32,000 nt of DNA, from the NCBI RefSeq assembly GCF_000020025.1, contig NC_010628.1, forward strand, positions 4,890,001 to 4,922,000, given 5' to 3'. Source of the stretch: Nostoc punctiforme PCC 73102 (lineage in GTDB: Bacteria > Cyanobacteriota > Cyanobacteriia > Cyanobacteriales > Nostocaceae). Every line of letters starts with the position of its first letter. The first letter of the stretch is position 1. The notes below the pieces were generated by a model. It did no database searches. It worked only from the letters and a program-made list of their open reading frames with translations, and was not told the origin of the DNA. This document shows positions 27,811-32,000 of the stretch, in pieces. The translations under genes were made by a program, and so were the position numbers.

Positions 27811-28749
27811 ATGAGCTTTAGTTTAGAGAGCTTTCAACTCGGCGATATAATTACTGGAAAAATCATTAAGCTGGAGCCTACAGGTGTTTTAGTTGATTTT
27901 TATACAGACCAACTAGCTTATGTTCCACTCCTAGAGCTATCACTCAATGAGATTCAGTCCCCAGAAGAAGCTGTGCGACTTAATGAAATCCGAGAATTTA
28001 TGGTTGTGGGAAATTACGATGGTAAACACGATATTTTCTTCTCGCATTGTTCACCGGAGACACTGAAAGATAGCGATCGCTTGTACGAGGTTGCATTAGA
28101 TCTCGCTTCTGAAAAATCTGGTCATCCTATCAATAGAGAAGACCTGCTCGTACACACTAAAGTCCTGGATGTTCATAGACATGGTTTATCAGTAAGGATT
28201 TACTGGTTCTTATGTTCTCAAGACCATCCTCCAACGGTTTCTTTTTCAATTCGCAAACTAGAAATGCGAAAAGCATGGGAACGGCTACGCCAATTGCAGG
28301 CTGAAGACGTAACAGTATATGGAAAAATCCTTAACAAAACTTGGAGCGGTGCATTAGTAAAAATTGAGGGTTTGTATGGGGGAATTCGTAGTTATGTTAA
28401 TAAGCATAAGGAGCAATTGGTAGTAGGGGAGAAACTTCCACTCAAGATTATAAAGGTGAGAGAGGAGTATAATCAGCTAGTACTGATCCATCGTTCTGTT
28501 TCAATCAGACTCAGGCAATTGCAGGTTGGTCAAGTTGTTAGCGGCACTATACGGGGTATCAAAGATTATGGTGTGTTCGTTGATATTGGAGATTTTTATG
28601 CCTTATTGCCGACCTCAAAAATGTTCCATCCATCTGTTGACAATCCAAACCAATTCTTCAAAATTAATGACCATTTAAAAGCAACGATTGTTAAACTAGA
28701 TCCTGAAAACGGTCAAGTTGTTCTAGAGAGTTATGGAAGTTCGGCATAA
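27811..28749 (+). CDS. S1 RNA-binding domain protein, divergent paralog of ribosomal protein S1
   Basis: It contains S1-like repeats (GDIITGKIIKLEPTGVLVDF..., VYGKILNKTWSGALVKIEGLYGGI..., VGQVVSGTIRGIKDYGVFVDIGDFYALLP...) and the inter-domain string RKLEMRKAWERLRQLQAED, which resembles cyanobacterial S1 homologs. 312 aa. Confidence 0.75.
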   Translation: MSFSLESFQLGDIITGKIIKLEPTGVLVDFYTDQLAYVPLLELSLNEIQSPEEAVRLNEIREFMVVGNYDGKHDIFFSHCSPETLKDSDRLYEVALDLASEKSGHPINREDLLVHTKVLDVHRHGLSVRIYWFLCSQDHPPTVSFSIRKLEMRKAWERLRQLQAEDVTVYGKILNKTWSGALVKIEGLYGGIRSYVNKHKEQLVVGEKLPLKIIKVREEYNQLVLIHRSVSIRLRQLQVGQVVSGTIRGIKDYGVFVDIGDFYALLPTSKMFHPSVDNPNQFFKINDHLKATIVKLDPENGQVVLESYGSSA

Positions 28750-29208
28750 CAACCTTGATACAATAGACTGCCAAAAGTCTTTGGTGCTGAGTTCAATCTT
28801 ACTTGCAGCTGCCGACCGTAAAAATTCTACATGAGCTTAGGGTATTAATCATTGTGTATTTCGGATCGGAATAAAAACGATCGCCATAATTCACTTTGCG
28901 CGATCGCACTTACGCCACATTTTTGACTGAGATAATTCCCTCACCACACCACTGGATTAATAGCCATCTGTGAGAATCTTTATCCAGTGCTGGCTTGAAA
29001 CGGAAATTAAAAACCTCTTACCATACCTCTACTCCATACTCGGATACAAAATCTGGCTCTAGTTCTTTGAACTGCTCCCATTGCCGATTGGCGATCGCAG
29101 TCAACATGGGAATGATCGCGGTGATTGAGACTTGTGCAGCGACAGGTGTCATTCTGGGTAGTCTTCGAAAATACAAATAATCGGCATAGGTAGTTTTTGG
29201 TGGAATCT

Positions 29209-29847
29209 TTACGTAAGCGTCTCAACTACTGTCCCCACCACACACGCTTTATTCAAATTAACGCCGCTCAAATTTGCACCTTCTAACTCTGCACAAAGTA
29301 AATTCGCTCCTGAAAAATTCGCCCCTGCCAAATTCGCCCCCCGCAAATCAGCTTCTTCTAGGTTTGCTTCACTCAACAAAGCACCTTGCAAATCGGCGCG
29401 ACTCAAGTCTGCACCTTTGAGATTTGCTCCAGTCAGGTTTGCACCGCGCAAGTCAGCACCCCGGAAGTCTACGCCTTGCAAGTTCACATTCATCAAATTG
29501 GCACCACTCAAGAAAGCGCCCACCAATGACACATCGCTGAGTCTGGCTCCCATCAAGTTAGCACCGCGCAAATTACTACCCCGCAAGTCAGCACCTGTTA
29601 AATCTGCTTGCATCAGGTTTGCTCCCATCAAATTCGCCCGTAAGTCAGTTTCTTGGAGGTTGGCTCCCATCAAATTTGCCCCCTCCAAATGTCCACCTTC
29701 GAGTTTGGAACCAGCAAAATTAGTGCCGACAAGGGTAGCGCCAGCAAGATTAATCCGGCTTAAATCCAGTCGAGAGAGTTCCTCGTCTTCTAAATTTGCC
29801 CCTGGAAGTTGTTTGAGTTTTCCTAATTTAATGGCTTCAATGTTCAT
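29209..29847 (-). CDS. Pentapeptide repeat protein
   Basis: About 35 consecutive A(D/N)LxG-type pentapeptides (GANLMGANLQETDLRANLMGANLMQADLTGADLRGSNLRGANL...). Its ATG overlaps the stop of the upstream gene (ATGA). Confidence 0.9.
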   Translation of the reverse strand: MNIEAIKLGKLKQLPGANLEDEELSRLDLSRINLAGATLVGTNFAGSKLEGGHLEGANLMGANLQETDLRANLMGANLMQADLTGADLRGSNLRGANLMGARLSDVSLVGAFLSGANLMNVNLQGVDFRGADLRGANLTGANLKGADLSRADLQGALLSEANLEEADLRGANLAGANFSGANLLCAELEGANLSGVNLNKACVVGTVVETLT

Positions 29848-31241
29848 GTAAAGTAACTACCAATCTGCTCACTGATCTTGCTGTGGCTGTCCCATTGGGA
29901 ATCAAGAATCCAGATGCCGGCGCTGACTTTGGGTGTCATGATGGGTAAGTCGAGTCCTTGTTGTAAACCCATAACTAATAAAGTTAGGGTATCTACAAGT
30001 TTAGGGTCAAAGCGGTTAGATTGTTGCTGTTTGCATTCATCTAAAGCTTGAGTAAATATCTGTTCCCGGCTTTGATTTGACGATTTTAGCTGATTAACTC
30101 GCCACTGAAAGTCTGCCAATAATGCCAAAATTCTTGATTCTAGAGGAATTTCATCTCCAGCTAAACCTGCTGGTTCCCCAGTGCCATTCCACCACTCGCT
30201 TTGGTGAGTAATAATTTGGGCAACTGCTCGTAGTCGTGGCATGGTTCGCAATACTTGCGCCCCTGGAACTAAAGGACAGGTTAAGGGACAACTGGGGGCA
30301 TCTTCTTGGTAGCGTGTGGATATACTGTCAGTGAGAACGCTTTCGGCTTTCTGTAATGGATCTATGCGATGCAACAAAGCCGCCAAGCGCAATCTTTTAA
30401 TTTGCCATGCGGGAAGATCCAAAAGCTGGCCGATCGCTTCAGCAAGTACCACCACTTCCGCAGCTGCCATTGGATTGTTCACATCTGCCATATCCATCAG
30501 TTGCGCCATTCGCAAAAAAGCTTGGATTTCGTTAGAAACCAAGTTGCGATCTAGCGTTTGTTTCTGAGGTGCTGTGGGGATGGATAAATTATCTTGCCCA
30601 GTCTGGAGGTAATCTACAACACGAGAGACAACTGCACCTAAATTTTGGGATCTGTCCATTGACGGTACAATTTGTTCTTTATCAGCCGTGAGTTTTTGAG
30701 CCAGTTCTGGGTTGTATTTTTTGATGTGAGCGATCGCTATTTCTGCTGTGTCTTGCACTAACTCTGGTTCAAATGTCCACAAACCATAGAATTTGCGCTC
30801 TAAGTCTGATGTCGGCACTCCAGCGCTGCCATAATCAGCCTCTGATAGTTCTTGACAAATTACCATTGCTGTGTATTTAGGCGATAAAATAATTAAGTGC
30901 CACTCCTGCGCCACTGGGTCGCCTGGATCTAATCCCACTAAGTCTACATTGGGTAGCTGGCTGGTAGGATGTTCAGCAAAGCCAGATTCAGAGGCAGCCA
31001 TGATGGCAATATGACGGCTGTACTGGGCGATGTCTGCATATCGTTCAGCTTCTTGTAGATACCATTTCCCCTGTTGAAAGGCTGTGATGACTAGGGGTGT
31101 ACCGTCATCGGCTAAGATATGGTCTTCTAGAGCGTGGCACAGAGCAACTAGGGTATTTTTGTAGTAAACACCGAATCGAATTGGCCTGGTGGTATGGCGA
31201 TGGGCTGTTTCTAGCTTTTGTAGTATTGAACCTTCTAACAT
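29844..31241 (-). CDS. DICT sensory domain protein with a C-terminal degenerate HD-GYP-like domain
   Basis: The N-terminal half (YYKNTLVALCHALEDHILADDGTPLVITAFQQGKWYLQEAERYADIAQ...DPVAQEWHLIILSPKYTAMVICQEL) fits the DICT domain. The C-terminal half aligns by eye to HD-GYP but has LLHRID in place of HD and HQSEWWNGTGEPAGLAGDEIPLESRILALLADF in place of HHERxDGxGYPxGLxGxxIPxxxRI. I place the start at the ATG at 31241 (MLEGSILQ...), because the track's GTG at 31280 lies inside a dispersed repeat. Confidence 0.7.
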   Translation of the reverse strand: MLEGSILQKLETAHRHTTRPIRFGVYYKNTLVALCHALEDHILADDGTPLVITAFQQGKWYLQEAERYADIAQYSRHIAIMAASESGFAEHPTSQLPNVDLVGLDPGDPVAQEWHLIILSPKYTAMVICQELSEADYGSAGVPTSDLERKFYGLWTFEPELVQDTAEIAIAHIKKYNPELAQKLTADKEQIVPSMDRSQNLGAVVSRVVDYLQTGQDNLSIPTAPQKQTLDRNLVSNEIQAFLRMAQLMDMADVNNPMAAAEVVVLAEAIGQLLDLPAWQIKRLRLAALLHRIDPLQKAESVLTDSISTRYQEDAPSCPLTCPLVPGAQVLRTMPRLRAVAQIITHQSEWWNGTGEPAGLAGDEIPLESRILALLADFQWRVNQLKSSNQSREQIFTQALDECKQQQSNRFDPKLVDTLTLLVMGLQQGLDLPIMTPKVSAGIWILDSQWDSHSKISEQIGSYFT

Positions 31242-31257
31242 GGGATTTGGTAAAAAT

Positions 31258-31285
31258 AACCGCAGAGGCGCAGAGGACACAGAGG
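31258..31285. repeat. Solo copy of the CAGAGG-rich dispersed repeat arm
   Basis: aaccgcagaggcgcagaggacacagagg differs from aaccacagagacgcagaggacacagagt (15787-15814, the inner arm of the MITE) at only three positions. Confidence 0.75.
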
Positions 31286-31310
31286 AAGAGAGGGGGAGAA
31301 ATTCAGTTTT

Positions 31311-32000
31311 TTAGGATATACCTGCTAACTGTTTTTCTTTCGTTTCCATTGGTGCGGAAAGTGCTGCTTCTAAATCGGCACAACCCAGTTTTTCCTCCAA
31401 GATGTTCATGACTTCGCGTCCGAAGTCGTTGGGGTTTTGTTGCCAAGCTTGCAAGCAGACTTCACCGAAGAATGAACCAAGGGGTTCGGGATTCCAGAGG
31501 AGTTTTTTGGCTGTCCACGGCATCAAACTCATTGGATCATACCCTGGTTTGAGGATGCCTTCTTTGAAAGCGTATTCTTCTAAATGGGTATGAGGTTGCA
31601 ACCCAATAAAAAAGATAGCAGGTTCGACTTTATCAGCACCAAAAATTCGTTCTAGTTCACGGTGGTAAGCGATGGTTTGGCGGATGGTTTCGGGACGTTC
31701 GTCAATAACGTTAAAGGAGTAGTTGACGGAAACTAAGTCATTGAAACCAGCTGCTTTTAAGTCACGGCAGTTTTGCAAAACGGTTCGCAGGTTGTACCCC
31801 ATCCGCATTTTCCGCACGAGTTCTTGAGAACCACTGGTAATGCCGATTTCAAAGTAATTCATCCCGGTTTTCGCCATCAAGTCGCACAACTCTGGTGTCA
31901 AATTGTCGGCTCTGATATATGCTGCCCAGTGGATATCTGTCATACCAGAATCGACGATTTTTTGCAATAGTTCAATGGCATCGTCGATAAATTTTCGTGC
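31311..32000 (-). CDS. Radical SAM (B12-binding/BchE-like class) protein, C-terminal ~229 codons; the 5' end runs off the right edge
   Basis: The reading frame is open to base 32000 (ARKFIDDAIELLQKIVDSGMTDIHWAAYIRADNLTPELCDLMAKTGMNYFEIGITSGSQELVRKMRMGYN...). This covers the later strands of a radical-SAM TIM barrel. The Cys cluster would lie outside the window, so the class assignment is tentative. Confidence 0.65.
   Translation of the reverse strand, partial: ARKFIDDAIELLQKIVDSGMTDIHWAAYIRADNLTPELCDLMAKTGMNYFEIGITSGSQELVRKMRMGYNLRTVLQNCRDLKAAGFNDLVSVNYSFNVIDERPETIRQTIAYHRELERIFGADKVEPAIFFIGLQPHTHLEEYAFKEGILKPGYDPMSLMPWTAKKLLWNPEPLGSFFGEVCLQAWQQNPNDFGREVMNILEEKLGCADLEAALSAPMETKEKQLAGIS

Noticed and set aside
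28995-29225. Overlapping ORFs 28995..29180 (+) and 29007..29225 (-), plus a third-frame 46-aa minus-strand peptide (MTPVAAQVSITAIIPMLTAIANRQWEQFKELEPDFVSEYGVEVW) that vaguely recalled Uma2/PD-(D/E)XK endonuclease tails
   Set aside because: The two track ORFs have implausible compositions and overlap each other. The third-frame similarity is too short and gappy to support a gene or pseudogene call without a database search.
29417-29851. A 144-aa + strand ORF antisense to the pentapeptide-repeat gene
   Set aside because: It is an artefact of the repetitive GC-rich pentapeptide coding sequence, which stays open on the opposite strand (translation is RFAP/KSAP repeats).

Overview
The window is a chromosomal core segment from a filamentous, Nostoc/Anabaena-like cyanobacterium. 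Three things support that assignment: many HIP1 octamers (GCGATCGC, e.g. 38-45, 255-262, 1232-1239, 2165-2172), tandem heptamer (STRR-type) arrays, and the gene order. Genes from left to right: Fd-glutamate synthase (minus strand, runs off the left edge and is absent from the ORF track); a secreted phosphodiester-glycosidase-family protein; a cupin; a HesB/IscA protein; the complete str operon rpsL-rpsG-fusA-tuf-rpsJ; a LON N-domain protein; pheA; a DUF1997-like protein; rnhB and rne (operon, minus strand); an 888-aa radical-SAM/DUF2344 fusion; a STAS protein; a small accessory patch (small ORFs, an aminotransferase gene remnant, a frameshifted ISAzo13-family IS); clpS; a CPBP protease; a divergent S1-domain protein; and a minus-strand cluster of pentapeptide-repeat protein, DICT/degenerate HD-GYP protein and a B12-type radical SAM gene that runs off the right edge. 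I see no CRISPR array, tRNA/rRNA gene, or recognisable defence or toxin island. The most interesting uncharacterised content: (1) the radical-SAM+DUF2344 fusion upstream of rne-rnhB, separated from rne by an 852-bp hairpin-rich non-coding region; (2) the translationally coupled DICT/degenerate HD-GYP and pentapeptide pair; (3) small mobile or dispersed repeats, including a 166-bp MITE with perfect TIRs and a 10-bp duplication, and a heptamer-repeat element sitting in frame inside glsF; (4) an unusually long (553 bp) structured rpsL-rpsG spacer; (5) a perfect CRP-type palindrome. All functional calls rest on motif recognition by eye; no database search was run.
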